Below are positions 41,826 through 53,100 of a stretch of DNA of 64,000 bases, piece by piece. Origin of the DNA: an uncultured delta proteobacterium (GTDB lineage Bacteria; Desulfobacterota; Syntrophobacteria; BM002); assembly GCA_963712115.1 (NCBI GenBank), contig CAVQGX010000038.1, positions 17,350-81,349 on the forward strand, read 5' to 3'. The position numbers and the translations under genes were made by a program. The first letter of the stretch is position 1. Each line of letters begins with the position of its first letter. The notes under the pieces are model-generated. The model was not told the DNA's origin. It searched no databases and saw nothing but the letters and a program-made list of their open reading frames with translations.

Positions 41826-44351
41826 TCATGGTGACTTTTTTCCATAAGGCTTCAGCCTTTCAAGGAGCAGGGGCAACACGGTAAAATTAGCAGCCAGGGC
41901 GATCATCATTGCTAAGGCAGTAAGCATTCCAAAATAGATGGTGGGGACGAATTTGGAGAGGACCAGAATGGAAAAACCTATGGTGATGGTAACCGTGGTG
42001 TAGTACATGGCCCGGCCGATGCTTCCATGGGAACGGCGCACTGCCGCCTGGTAGTCCCAGTCCACCACCACTTCCTCACCAAAGCGATGCACGTAATGAA
42101 TGGTATCGTCCACTCCAATGCCGATGCTGATGGCCGCGATGGTGATGGTCATGAAGTTTAGGGGGATATCGAGCCAGCCCATGAGGCCAAGGACCAGCGG
42201 CACGGAGACTAGGTTGGGCACGATGGCGATTAAGGCCAGTTTCACTGAGTGAAAAAGAAAGAAGAACATGACAAGAATGGCCAGGAACACCGCCCCCAGG
42301 GTCAGAATTTGAGAGCGGAACAGGCTCTGCAGCATATTATTGTAGAGGACCAGCATACCCGACAGGTGCACCTGGTCGTCCGAAAGTCCCAACTCCCCGG
42401 TCAGGTGGTGGCGAATCTTCTTCAGCAGAACCTGACGTTTAAGCTTCACATCAGATTCATAAACCCGCACCTCAAAGCGAAGCTGATTTCCATCCGGTGA
42501 GAGGTAGGGCGCAATCAGGCTCTCCTTGACTTCATCGGGTAACCGCTTGTAGATAAGGGACAGCGCAAAATTATCCGGCAGTTCGCCGCCGTTGATCTGC
42601 TTTAACACCTCCATGGTGGTGGAAAGGGAGAGGACCTTGCCGGTCTCAGGGAGCCCATCCAGGAAGGCTTGGATGGAATTCACCTCATCCACTTTGAAGA
42701 CGTTAAACCAGTAACTGGTGCCGGTGATCCCCGCCTCTCCCTCGAAGTCGGCGTCATCCCAGGAGGGTTCTTCATCCCCTTCCTTATTAGCCTCATCCCC
42801 TTTCTTAGCAAGTGGTTTCTTTTTCTCCTTCAAAAAATCTGCCGGCGCGTCGATCACCACGTCCAGGGGGATGGTGCCCCCCAGTTTGCGGTCCATGAGA
42901 TACATGCCCTGATAAATCTCTGTGGACTTATGGAAGTGGTCAATGAAGCGGTTCTCCACCGTAAGCTTGAACATGCCAATTACGCCGAATACCACCGCCA
43001 GCATGGCTACCCCCAGCACCAGGTTGCCGTGGCGCTCGATCAAAGGCGGGAAAATAGAGGTTACGGCGGTGGTTAAATCCCGCGGTTTATGCGGTATTCC
43101 GGGCTTGAGCAACATGAGCGCCGCGGGAAACAGAGTGAAAGAGAGAACCAAGGCCGCAGTCAGACTGATGCCCATAATCCAGCCAAAGTCGATGACCGGT
43201 CGGATGCCGCTCACTACCAGCGAGCCGAAGGCCACCATGGTGGTGATGACCATGTAGAAACAGGGGACGAACTTGCTGCGAACCATTTCCTGTACCAGAT
43301 AACGCTGCTCTCCCTCCGGATTTCGCACATGCAGCTCGCGGTAGCGGACAATGAGATGAATGGTAAGGGAGAGGACAAAGATCAGCAGCAGGGCGAGGAA
43401 ATTGGATGACACCACCGTCAGCCGCCACTCGGCCAAACCCAGGAAGCCCATGGTCACCACGCTTGTGGCAAGAGCAGTGAGCAGGGACAGAATAACCCAG
43501 CGTGGCTGACGGAAGGCAATGATCAAAAGCAGTGCCAGCACCGCGACTACCCCTATGCCGAATACCTTGATATCGTGGCGGACGAAATCTACCATGTCGG
43601 CCACAACCATGGGCTTCCCCCCCAGGTGCAATTCGGCACGATCCCGATACTGATCCAGTATGGCACGGATGCGGGCTATATCCGCCTCCTCTTGCGCCAT
43701 CAGCTCAGCTTTGTATCTCTTGAACTCATTGGTAAAACGTTCTAGTTCCTTAGCCTCCCCCGGTGTCAGCTTCGCCTCTAGCTCTTTCTCGCGCAAGGCA
43801 TCTCGACTCTTGCGCAGGCTCTCATATTTTGGGTCGCGACGAAAAACCACCTGCATTGCAGTCGTATCGCCGCTAGCCCCCACCAAACGATCACGATAGA
43901 GCGGGCTGTCGCGCAGCTCCCGTTCGGCCAGAGCGACGTTGGTGTCCGGGTCTGCCAAGGTGCGTATGTGTTGTTCCAATTCCTCCAGCGACGTTGGTGG
44001 ACTCTGAACCAGGGGCACGTCAAGGATGCTCATTACCGATTCAACCCGCTCGATGGCAGCCAAGCTATCATGCAGCTTGCGCAGATCAGCTAAGGTGTCG
44101 GCTTCGAACAGTCCCCTTTTCGGCGTATAGGTGACTATCAGGTAGTCGTCAGATCCGTAGCGGGCCCGAATGGAGTAGTAGTAGCGCAGGTCTTGGTCGT
44201 TCTCCAAAACCAGCGAATCGGGAGAGATGTCTATTTTGAGGTCGGGAACAAACCAGCCGAAAAAACCGGTGATGAGAAGAACCAGCAGCAGGGTGACGAG
44301 GGGTTTTCCGAGAACCAGTCCGTAGTATAAAGATAGCAGCCGTAATTTCAT
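41826..44351 (-). CDS. MMPL/RND family transporter
   Basis: Two repeats of large loop plus TM bundle; GIGVDDTIH. Confidence 0.88.
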   Translation of the reverse strand: MKLRLLSLYYGLVLGKPLVTLLLVLLITGFFGWFVPDLKIDISPDSLVLENDQDLRYYYSIRARYGSDDYLIVTYTPKRGLFEADTLADLRKLHDSLAAIERVESVMSILDVPLVQSPPTSLEELEQHIRTLADPDTNVALAERELRDSPLYRDRLVGASGDTTAMQVVFRRDPKYESLRKSRDALREKELEAKLTPGEAKELERFTNEFKRYKAELMAQEEADIARIRAILDQYRDRAELHLGGKPMVVADMVDFVRHDIKVFGIGVVAVLALLLIIAFRQPRWVILSLLTALATSVVTMGFLGLAEWRLTVVSSNFLALLLIFVLSLTIHLIVRYRELHVRNPEGEQRYLVQEMVRSKFVPCFYMVITTMVAFGSLVVSGIRPVIDFGWIMGISLTAALVLSFTLFPAALMLLKPGIPHKPRDLTTAVTSIFPPLIERHGNLVLGVAMLAVVFGVIGMFKLTVENRFIDHFHKSTEIYQGMYLMDRKLGGTIPLDVVIDAPADFLKEKKKPLAKKGDEANKEGDEEPSWDDADFEGEAGITGTSYWFNVFKVDEVNSIQAFLDGLPETGKVLSLSTTMEVLKQINGGELPDNFALSLIYKRLPDEVKESLIAPYLSPDGNQLRFEVRVYESDVKLKRQVLLKKIRHHLTGELGLSDDQVHLSGMLVLYNNMLQSLFRSQILTLGAVFLAILVMFFFLFHSVKLALIAIVPNLVSVPLVLGLMGWLDIPLNFMTITIAAISIGIGVDDTIHYVHRFGEEVVVDWDYQAAVRRSHGSIGRAMYYTTVTITIGFSILVLSKFVPTIYFGMLTALAMMIALAANFTVLPLLLERLKPYGKKSP

Positions 44352-44431
44352 AGAAAATTTTTTCAGTACTCCTCGAGTAAGTTGAATTCTAGTTATAAAA
44401 ACTCCTTTTTGCAAGTATGGCAAAGATTTTT

Positions 44432-44672
44432 GTTGAAATCGTTCAAGCCGTTGAACTCGTTTAAACCGTTCAAATCGTTCAAGTCGTTGAAGTAGTAAAT
44501 GGTAAATGGTAAACGGTAAACCGTTAAAGGCAAGCAGTAAAAAATAAAATGCTCCCAGTTTTCTGACCTCTGACCTCCGACCTCTGATCTCTGGACCGGA
44601 CGAATTCTAGGGCTTCTACGAATTAACTAATTCTCTAATTGACCAACCTGCCTGCAGAGAAAGCCGGCTAAC
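44432..44672. repeat. Mosaic short tandem repeat array (partly inverted relative to 27680)
   Basis: TCGTTCAAG nonamers, GTAAATG/GTAAACG, CTGACCT modules. Confidence 0.85.
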
Positions 44673-44687
44673 CTGTGCAAAAATATT

Positions 44688-44717
44688 TGTGACCAAAAGG
44701 TCCATTGCCACGTATAT
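44688..44717 (+). promoter_or_regulatory. Candidate ECF promoter (autoregulatory)
   Basis: TGTGACC-N16-CGTATAT; repeated with same spacing at 47880. Confidence 0.7.
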
Positions 44718-44822
44718 ATAATGTGGTAAACTCCATTCCCTCAAGGCCAGGTTTTCAACCGAGTAGCTCAAGAGAGCTGCCGATGAATAGTCAGACACAC
44801 TAGAGACCATTTGATTTTCTCC

Positions 44823-45380
44823 ATGGACGGTAACGACGAACAGCTCTGTATTGATAGGGTCTTACGGGGAGAGGTGAACGCTTTCGGTACTCTGGTAGAG
44901 CGCTACCAGAAGCCCATTTTCAATCTCATGTACCGGCTGGCGGGCTCGTCCGACAAGGCGGCCGACCTAACCCAGGAAACCTTCATTAGAGCTTATCAGA
45001 AATTGGAGCGTTTTCATCCGGGCAAGAGATTCTTCCCCTGGCTCTATTCCATCGGGTTGAACCTTGCCAGAGACTTTGCCCGGAAAAACGCCTGCAACCC
45101 TGAGACGGGATCAACACTGAACCCTGAATTATTCTCCGGTTGCAACTCCCCCGGCGACCAGCACGACCGTATGTGCGAAAGCCTGGAGTTCCTTCGGCTG
45201 GAGAAAGCGCTGGACCAGCTTCCCGTTATCTACCGTGAGGCCCTGATTCTCCGCTACCATGATGAGTGTTCCATTCGTGACATTGCTGCAGCCTTGAATC
45301 TTTCGGTGAGCGCAGCCAAAATGCGCGTGCACCGTGGCCTGGATATGTTACGGGAGCACTATAAAGGAGGGACCATATGA
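44823..45380 (+). CDS. ECF RNA polymerase sigma factor
   Basis: AFGTLVERYQ, DLTQETFIRAY, FFPWLYSI, region 4 REALILRY...AKMRVHRG. Confidence 0.93.
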   Translation: MDGNDEQLCIDRVLRGEVNAFGTLVERYQKPIFNLMYRLAGSSDKAADLTQETFIRAYQKLERFHPGKRFFPWLYSIGLNLARDFARKNACNPETGSTLNPELFSGCNSPGDQHDRMCESLEFLRLEKALDQLPVIYREALILRYHDECSIRDIAAALNLSVSAAKMRVHRGLDMLREHYKGGTI

Positions 45381-46021
45381 GCCGCAAAAAAGATCCTTCT
45401 GAGCAACCTTTTCGCGACTCATCTGCCGAGTTGGACAAGACCGCCTACGGGAACGACGAGGACCAAGCGCTTCTCGCCCTGAAACGTTTGATTTACCGCA
45501 TGCCGGACAGGGAAGCCCCGGCCGGGCTGACTGAATCCATCCTCAGTTCACTGGAGCCCAAAACCGTCCCGGGTTGGCTGCGTTTCTATCGCTGGGTCCT
45601 CAAGCCTCGAACAGTTACCTTGCAGCCCCTCAAGCTGATTCCCGCTGCCATGGTTCTCGTTCTGGTCCTGGCCATTGCCTTTCAGCTCGGCAGGTGGCGA
45701 CAAGACCCAGGGTCCATGGATCCGCGCCAGGCAAATCTCATTCCCGTGACTTTTACCCTCAGCTACCCAAAAGCTGACTCAGTGAGCCTGATCGGCTCCT
45801 TCAATCAGTGGAACCCTGCCGGCCACAAGATGCGCCAGTCTGGTGACCAAAACACCTGGGTGCTCGAGCTCCGGCTGCCCGAAGGCCGTCACGAGTATGC
45901 CTTTCTGGTGGATGGCAAGATGGTGGTGCCCGACCAGAGTTCCCCCTTTTACCAGAGTGATGGTTTCGGCAATAGAAACTCCGTACTTTTTGTAAGTAGA
46001 GATGAACCGGCAAATATTTAG
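45377..46021 (+). CDS. Putative anti-sigma factor with C-terminal CBM48/AMPK-beta glycogen-binding domain
   Basis: Overlaps sigma stop; single TM; VSLIGSFNQW...LPEGRHEYAFLVDG...DGFGNRNSV. Confidence 0.8.
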   Translation: MSRKKDPSEQPFRDSSAELDKTAYGNDEDQALLALKRLIYRMPDREAPAGLTESILSSLEPKTVPGWLRFYRWVLKPRTVTLQPLKLIPAAMVLVLVLAIAFQLGRWRQDPGSMDPRQANLIPVTFTLSYPKADSVSLIGSFNQWNPAGHKMRQSGDQNTWVLELRLPEGRHEYAFLVDGKMVVPDQSSPFYQSDGFGNRNSVLFVSRDEPANI

Positions 46022-46814
46022 AAATAACTTCACTATCTTTTTCGCTGCTTTCCTGGTTGCTGCTTCAGTTTCACTTTCTTATGGGCAAGGGCAACCAGGG
46101 GACCAGAGTGTTACTGCCTCGGTCCGGGCGGCGCGCAAGGCAGGCGTATCTGAAACCGCTCTCAACCGGCTGTTGATCCTGGCCGTCGATCACCGTCTCG
46201 AAGACGATGGTGTGGTGCTGTTGGTCAACTTTCTGCAGACGGTGCAGACAGAGGACTTTCCCGTTGACCCCTTTATGGGAAAGATAGAAGAGGGGCTGGC
46301 AAAACAAATACCCCTGAACACCATAGCTGCTGTGCTGGGTCACAAGCTCGACGACTACCGCTTCGTCATAAGAGTCCTGAAGAGAAAAATTGGAGAGCAA
46401 GAGATCTCCCATCAGGACTTGAGCCGAATGGTGGGCAGTCTCGATGGCGGGATCACCAGGGAGGAGTTTGCTCGGTTTGTTTTGGAAGCATCCGGGCAGG
46501 ATCTTTCCATGCTGGCCAGGGCAACCGAGATTCTGGCACTGCTGAAACAGGTGCAGTTCAACGAGTCCCTGACCGAGGAAATCCTTTTTACCGGGTTAAG
46601 CAAAAACAGCCTATCCCAATCGTGGGATTACCTCGCCAGAGTCGTAGTCGCAGCCAAAAGGCGACAGATACCTGATGATGAAATCGCCAGAGCAGCGCGA
46701 GAGGCCCTGGAGGCGAACCGGCCATTCGGAGATTTTATGGCGACCCTCGGTTTCACCCCGCGCGATCTTCGACACGGCCCGGCTATGGGGCGATCGGCGG
46801 AAAGGGATCAGTGA
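46002..46814 (+). CDS. Exported hypothetical helical protein
   Basis: Signal peptide; KIEEGLAK motif; overlaps upstream gene. Confidence 0.75.
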   Translation: MNRQIFRNNFTIFFAAFLVAASVSLSYGQGQPGDQSVTASVRAARKAGVSETALNRLLILAVDHRLEDDGVVLLVNFLQTVQTEDFPVDPFMGKIEEGLAKQIPLNTIAAVLGHKLDDYRFVIRVLKRKIGEQEISHQDLSRMVGSLDGGITREEFARFVLEASGQDLSMLARATEILALLKQVQFNESLTEEILFTGLSKNSLSQSWDYLARVVVAAKRRQIPDDEIARAAREALEANRPFGDFMATLGFTPRDLRHGPAMGRSAERDQ

Positions 46815-46900
46815 CTCTGAGGTTTAAGTTTTTGTTGTTTATCTTGGACAGTGTACAAGTGACTCAACACGACAGATTTATTCTGACACGGAAAGCAAAT

Positions 46901-47857
46901 ATGGACACAAAAAGATGGTTACTGCTCTTGAGCCTGCTGCTGTGGATCTCCGGTTGCATGTCCCTGAAAGGTGAGCGACTCCTTAAAAACGAACAATATC
47001 AAGATGGTGTAGCCAATTTCAAAAGTATCGTCCAGGAAGAACCCAAGAATCCCGAAGCCCAGTATTACCTGGGCCGTTTCTATCTCGCCCTGGAAAGGCC
47101 CGAGGAGGCACTCCCCCATCTCAAGCGGGCTGTGCAGGGCGACCCTGCAAAAGCAGACTATCAATTCTGGCTGGGGGTGGCATACTGGGCAGTCAGAGAT
47201 TTTGATCTTGAAAGGAAGAGCTATCTCCAGGCCCTTGCCAAAGACCCCAAACATGTGCCGGCGCGGCTCTATCTGGCACATAACTTCCTGGACAGCGGTG
47301 AGTGGCAAGAGGCGCTGGATAACTACGACCTGTTGCTCCGACGAGAACCCTCCAACCCTGAGGCGCTCTACAACAGAGCACTGGCTCTCATGGAACTGCA
47401 CCGACCTAAAGAGGAAGCCAGGGCCTGGAAGAGATACCTGCAGTACTACCCAGAGGGAAAGTGGGCTTTTAGAGCTGTTGACCATCTGAATCAACTGGGG
47501 GAGTTCAGCTATCGCAATTTTACCATAGGCTACCGCCGGGTCACCCTGGAGCACATTCCTTTCCCACCGGGGTCAGCCAAATTGCTCTCCCAAGGCAAGG
47601 CTTCTCTTCAGGTCCTGGGCACAATTTTGAGCATCAACGACAAGATTTGCTTGGAGGTCGTTTGTTACAAAAATGGTAACCCCGCACTAGCGGCGGCCAG
47701 GGCCAAAGCGGTCAGGGACTATATACTAGGGGAATTTCCACGGTTAAAACCCTCAAGGCTCGAGGCCCGAGGAATAGGCCTTAAAGAACGAATAAAAGCA
47801 GGCAGCAAAGTTTACTTGCTGGACGATTCCACCACCTTCATCACCACCAGAAAATAG
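46901..47857 (+). CDS. TPR lipoprotein with degenerate OmpA-like C-terminus
   Basis: Lipobox ISGC; TPR repeats; ARAKAVRDYI...RLEARGIG. Confidence 0.82.
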   Translation: MDTKRWLLLLSLLLWISGCMSLKGERLLKNEQYQDGVANFKSIVQEEPKNPEAQYYLGRFYLALERPEEALPHLKRAVQGDPAKADYQFWLGVAYWAVRDFDLERKSYLQALAKDPKHVPARLYLAHNFLDSGEWQEALDNYDLLLRREPSNPEALYNRALALMELHRPKEEARAWKRYLQYYPEGKWAFRAVDHLNQLGEFSYRNFTIGYRRVTLEHIPFPPGSAKLLSQGKASLQVLGTILSINDKICLEVVCYKNGNPALAAARAKAVRDYILGEFPRLKPSRLEARGIGLKERIKAGSKVYLLDDSTTFITTRK

Positions 47858-47879
47858 TTCACAAGTGCTGCTGTTTTTT

Positions 47880-47909
47880 TGTGACCTTATTGCCTGCAAC
47901 CTCGTATAT
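47880..47909 (+). promoter_or_regulatory. Second candidate ECF promoter
   Basis: TGTGACC-N16-CGTATAT, 54 nt before the ATG. Confidence 0.7.
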
Positions 47910-47963
47910 CCGGGTAAAAGGTAGGGCCAACAAACCGACCTAACGGAGCAAGAGGAGCTTATT

Positions 47964-48884
47964 ATGAAAACCGCAGCAGTTATGAGACGAGCGTTAAAGT
48001 TATGTGCACCACTTTTTTTCAGCTTGACCGTCATGTTTTCTGCCGGGACCATTGCACAGGCGCAGGGGGATGCATCTGCCGTCCCTGAACTGGAAAGGGC
48101 TCACAACAGGGTCCAGGAAGCGACCATGGCTATGAAACAGGCAGAAGTCCAGAACAATACCAGGGCCATGGAACGGGCCCGCAGCAATTACAACAAGGCT
48201 AACCAGAATATGTCCCAAAATCTTGCCCGGGCTGCGGGCGTCAGGACGGAGGATGTCACCGGTATGCAAAGAGCCGGCATGGACTGGGGGCAGATCGCTC
48301 AGGAACTGGGACTGGAGCCTGCACATCTCGGGATCGGCAAGCAAGGCAGCCAGACAACCACTCCGGACAGGGATCGTGACAGAGACAGAGACCAGGACAG
48401 AGACCGTGATAGGGATCGAGACTTCTCCCAGCAGGATTCCACCGAGCCGGAACGCACCCGGGAGAGGGAAAGAACCAGAGAAAGACTGGGCCAGGAGACT
48501 CCTCAGGAGCAAGGGCTCATGGTCAGAGAGCGCACGAGGGAGAGAAACAGAGAACTCAGTGAAGCCACCTCGCGTAATATGAAGAAAGCAGGTGCTACAA
48601 ATCATGGCATGGCCATGGTTGGCTCGGCCAGCAAAGGCATGGGGCTCGGAAAGGCGAAGGGTGCCATGTCGGCAGGAACTTCCCGGGGCTCCGGTGGCCA
48701 CGGTGGTAGTGGTTCCGGCGGAAGCGGCGGCTCCGGTGGTAGCGGCTCCGGCGGGAGTGGCGGCTCTGGTGGTAGCGGCGGCTCCGGTGGCGGCGGCTCC
48801 GGTGGCGGCGGCTCTGGTGGCGGCGGCGGGAACGGCGGAGGAGGAGGAGGAAACGGCGGCGGTGGCTCTGGCGGCGGCCGTTAG
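47964..48884 (+). CDS. Exported low-complexity protein (RD repeat, Gly/Ser tail)
   Basis: GAGGAG RBS, AQA signal site, GMDWGQIAQELG, (RD)n tract, long Gly/Ser-rich tail. Confidence 0.8.
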   Translation: MKTAAVMRRALKLCAPLFFSLTVMFSAGTIAQAQGDASAVPELERAHNRVQEATMAMKQAEVQNNTRAMERARSNYNKANQNMSQNLARAAGVRTEDVTGMQRAGMDWGQIAQELGLEPAHLGIGKQGSQTTTPDRDRDRDRDQDRDRDRDRDFSQQDSTEPERTRERERTRERLGQETPQEQGLMVRERTRERNRELSEATSRNMKKAGATNHGMAMVGSASKGMGLGKAKGAMSAGTSRGSGGHGGSGSGGSGGSGGSGSGGSGGSGGSGGSGGGGSGGGGSGGGGGNGGGGGGNGGGGSGGGR

Positions 48885-48915
48885 ACTTAGCCAGATTAAT
48901 CAATAAAATCGATAG

Positions 48916-48942
48916 AAAGGGCCTTATAGAGGCCCTTTTTTT
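48916..48942 (+). terminator. Rho-independent terminator
   Basis: AAAGGGCCT-TATAG-AGGCCCTTT + T run. Confidence 0.75.
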
Positions 48943-48947
48943 ATTGG

Positions 48948-49360
48948 AGATTTGGGGAGAGGCATAGGGCATAGCGGTTGGAGGAGCGGCCCTTCGACAG
49001 GCTCAGGCCTTGAGGTTGGAGGCCAATTCAGCTGGCAGGAGGCAGTTGGCAGCTCGCGCTTCGAGTCACTTGCCTTTGGCGTCATTAGGTCACTATGCTG
49101 CGCTGTCATTCATTGTAAGAGGTAGAAGTCGGAACGCGGAACGGGGAATTCTTTTCTGTGCGGATTTGGGGAGGCATAGGGCATAGAGCATGGGGCAGAG
49201 GGTTGGAGGTTGGAGGAGCGGCCCTTCGACAGGCTTCAGGCCTCGAGGTTGGGGGCACAATTCAGCAGGCAGCTCATTCAACTAGGCACTGGAGCTCAGA
49301 GTCATTAGGCTTCGCCGTCATCGGGTCACTACGCTTCGCTGTCATTCATTGTAATAGGTA
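48948..49360. repeat. Mosaic repeat array, two tandem units
   Basis: GGCATAG-GGTTGGA-GGCAG-GTCATT core block occurs twice. Confidence 0.85.
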
Positions 49361-49541
49361 TGAGCCTTCAAATCGCAAGCGAAGCTTTCTCCTACAGGAC
49401 ATTGTGAAAATAAGTTGCGAGCTGGCAGTTGACAAGGCTGCTAAGCTGAAAAATGAGATGGAGGCCTGAATTGCTGCGAATATTTGTTCTCAGGCAAGAA
49501 AAAAGGACTTGTCCAATAATGGGTAAGTACTTGATATTACA

Positions 49542-49617
49542 TGGAGGGCGACCCGGGGATCGAACCCGGGACCTTTGGTTCCGGAGACCAACGCTCTATC
49601 CACTGAGCTAGTCGCCC
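49542..49617 (-). tRNA. tRNA-Arg(CCG)
   Basis: GGGCGAC acceptor, TTGGT-CTCCGGA-ACCAA anticodon arm, TTCGATC T-loop, CCA. Confidence 0.95.
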
Positions 49618-49867
49618 CTCTAATTCGATGTATTTTGGACACGCCCGTCCCATAGCCCGGATATTTGATGAATTGTCCGGACTAGACGCAGCGACTTTAT
49701 CTAACACAGCAAGGTAGTCTTGTCAATTAAGCCCCCTTTCCATTTGACTATTCTCGTAAATTATTTATATCATTGTCCTAACCAAACACTAGGCACTATA
49801 AGAGTCATACTGGTGCCTAGTGCTTAGTGCTTAGTTCCTAGTCCGTAGTGGGAGAATAAGCTCGGAG

Positions 49868-50086
49868 ATGGCCGATCGTAAAGAGAATATCATTCTAATA
49901 TTCCTTATACTCCTCGGGGTGATTATCGTTCCGGTTCTCTTCATCTGGAAGGCTGAGAATATATTCGCTCTAACGATAAAGACCTTTCTCGCTGCCTTTT
50001 TCTTGCTGCTGCTAATAAAAACAATTCCTGGCAAAGGTCGAGAGTCCGGTTCTCGCGAACCTCCCGAAAGGGACCTCGAGCACTGA
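49868..50086 (+). CDS. Small two-TM hypothetical protein
   Basis: Two hydrophobic segments, GGGAG upstream. Confidence 0.55.
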   Translation: MADRKENIILIFLILLGVIIVPVLFIWKAENIFALTIKTFLAAFFLLLLIKTIPGKGRESGSREPPERDLEH

Positions 50087-50189
50087 TTAGCCGCATCTTC
50101 CTAGAATTCCAATTGAAATCTTCTCTGATAGATGGTACAGTGTTGGGCAATTTGGTTGGAGACAAATCCCGAAAGATTCGGGGGCACCC

Positions 50190-53100
50190 ATGAATGATGC
50201 TGTACCAGAACATTGGATAAAGTCCGATTTGCCTATGGGCAAAATTCTGGTGGTTGACGACGTCCAAGAGGTGCGCAGCCTCTGCGCTGAAATCATCCAA
50301 AGCATAGGCTTAGAGTCGGCCACTGCCGCCCAGCCTTCCGAAGCAAAAGATCTCCTGGTCAAGGAACCTTTCTCCCTGGTCATCAGCGACATTGCAATGC
50401 CTGGGATGGACGGCCTCCAGCTCACCAGATTTATCAAAGAGCAATATCCCAAGACCGATGTAATTTTGATGACCGCCTTCAACATGCACTACTCCTATGA
50501 CGACGTCTTGGCGGCCGGTGCCCTTGATTTTATCCAGAAACCTTTCAGTAATGAGGAGTTTGCCGCTAAACTGAAGAGGGCTCTGCGGGAACGCCGGCAG
50601 ATACAGAGAATCAAACATTCTGAGAGGCAATTTCGAGGACTGCTGGAGAATATCCCGGGAGTTGTCTTTACCATATTTGCCGACGGTAGTGTCCAATTTG
50701 TGGATGACAAAATAAAAGGACTCACAGGGTATTCTGCTGAGGCTTTTGCCGAAGAGCCTGAGATCTGGTCTTCCCTGTGCGGTGACAAGACCGGCTCTCT
50801 CGCAACCGAGTTGTTTAAAGCGGCCTCGGAACAAGGTGGGAGTTTAATTAAAGAATATCTCATACGTGCCCGGGATGGCAAAAGCAGATGGTTGCAAGTT
50901 AGAGGTCAGGCCATAACTGATGAGGCCGGCATTATTGACCACATCAGCGGCATCCTCTTCGACATCACCCACCAGAAACGTCTGGAAAAGCGCACCAGTT
51001 CGCTGAACCAGCTCTTCTTCAGTTTTGATGCCGACCACAACGCCAACATCCGCAAAGTCGTTCTCGAAGCCAGCAACTTGCTGGCCGGCTCCTGCTCACT
51101 CTACTTCAGGAGCGAAAGGAACGGCAAAGAGCCCCTACTGATCCTCGCTCGTGCTGATGGCCGAATGAACGAGGAAGAATCAACCCAGATCGAGGTAGGA
51201 CCTCTGCTCAAAAGGATCATGCAAAGCAGCAGCGAGCAGCCGGAGGTGATTGAGAACCTCAGCCAAGATCCTGATCTGAGGGGAGATTACCTTGTAAGTA
51301 ATTACGGCCTGCAAACCTGCATTGCCAAACCACTTCTGGTGGACGGCCGCTCTTGCGGTTCTTTTTGCGTCGCCTTCACCGAACCCCACAAGGTCCTTCC
51401 CCACGAGATGGCTGTTTTTTCCATGCTCGCCAAGGCTCTCGAGATAGAGGAAGAGAGACGGGGACTACAAGAGGCGCTGGTTCGCTCGGAAGACAAGTAC
51501 CGCTCTCTGGTTGAAGGCAATCTATACCCCATTAGCATAATAGACAGTCAGGGTGTCATTCGGTACTGCAACAAAGTCATGGCCGCCATGTTTCGCTACC
51601 CTCAGCCCTCCTCTCTTTTGGGTCGTGAGTTCAGCGAATTGCTCCATCCCGGAGACCGCCAGGTCCTGGAAGACCTGATCAAGAACCTCGACAATCAAAC
51701 CCCGGTGCAACCCGAGCAAACCTTGGAATTTCGCGGCTTGGCGAGTGACGACACCACCATGGACATCCGGGTAACAATGGGGTTGATTTTTTACGACGGG
51801 CGCCCAGCGCTGCAGGCGATTTTGGAAGACGTTACCCAACGAAAGCAGACTGAACAGGCATTGAAGGATTCGGAGGAGCGCTATCGAACCCTGGTAGAGG
51901 GGGCCAATGACGCTGTCTTTTTGGAGACCTTTGACGGCCACATAGTGGACATCAACACCAAGGCCTGTCAGCTCCTTGGCCACACCCGGGATGAACTGTT
52001 GCACCTCACCATGGCCGACCTGGTCTATCAAGAGGACAGTCACCCTGAAGAGGAGGAAAAGGAGGAGGGCGAGGCCGGCCAGCATCGTGAAGAGACCATG
52101 TTGCGCAAGAATGGCAGCCGGGTGCCGGTGGAGGTTAACACCTCCATATTGAGACTCAAAGGCGAAAAATATCTAATGAGTGTGGTGCGCGATATTACCC
52201 AGAGGAAAGAGAAAGAGCTCCGCCAGAAGCACCTTGAACAAGCAATCATTGAGAGCAAGAAGAGGTTGATGGCAGTCTTCGACGGGATAATGTCGCCCCT
52301 AACTATCACTGACTTGGACCACAACATCATTATGGTCAACAAGGCCACGGCATCACTTTTTAATGATAAGATACCTCGGCTACTGGGGAGAAAATGCTAC
52401 GAGGCCTTCCGCAAGGAAAATGAACCCTGTCCAAACTGCCCGGTAACAGAGACTATCCGAACCGGGAAGCCCTCCCACCGTCTCAGCACCAATCCCATAG
52501 TAAATAGAACCCTCGAGGAGTACACTTTCCCGATCTTTGACGCCTCCGGCAACCTCTCCCTAATTATCAACTACGGCATCGACGTAACCGATAAAATCAA
52601 GATGGAAAGGCAGTTGGTGCAAGCAGACAAAATGGCCTCCCTGGGCACCCTTGCCGCAGGAATCGCTCACGAAATCAGAAACCCCATGGCCACCATCAAC
52701 CTCAACACCCAGATCCTCCTGAGAGATCTGGAGCTTGACGAAGAGCATCAAGTCTACATGCTCGACATTCAAAAAGAAGTCAAAAAGATCGAACGGATCA
52801 TTTCGGAAATCCTGGAGTTTTCAAAACCAAGGCCGGCTCACCTGATAGAGAGCAATATCAATGAGGTGGTACTCAGCGTACATGAGCTAACCCGGGTGCA
52901 GCTTCGCAAGGACGATTTGAGGGTTCACTTCAATTTGGACGAATCTCTGCCAGCCGTGCTCATCGACCCGGCACAGGTCTCCCAGGTGGTCATTAACCTG
53001 GTGATAAATGCCATGCAGGCAATGCCCGAGGGAGGGGACCTCACTATCACCACCCAAATGGATCCGATCACCCGCCGGGTGGAACTCCTAGTCGACGACA

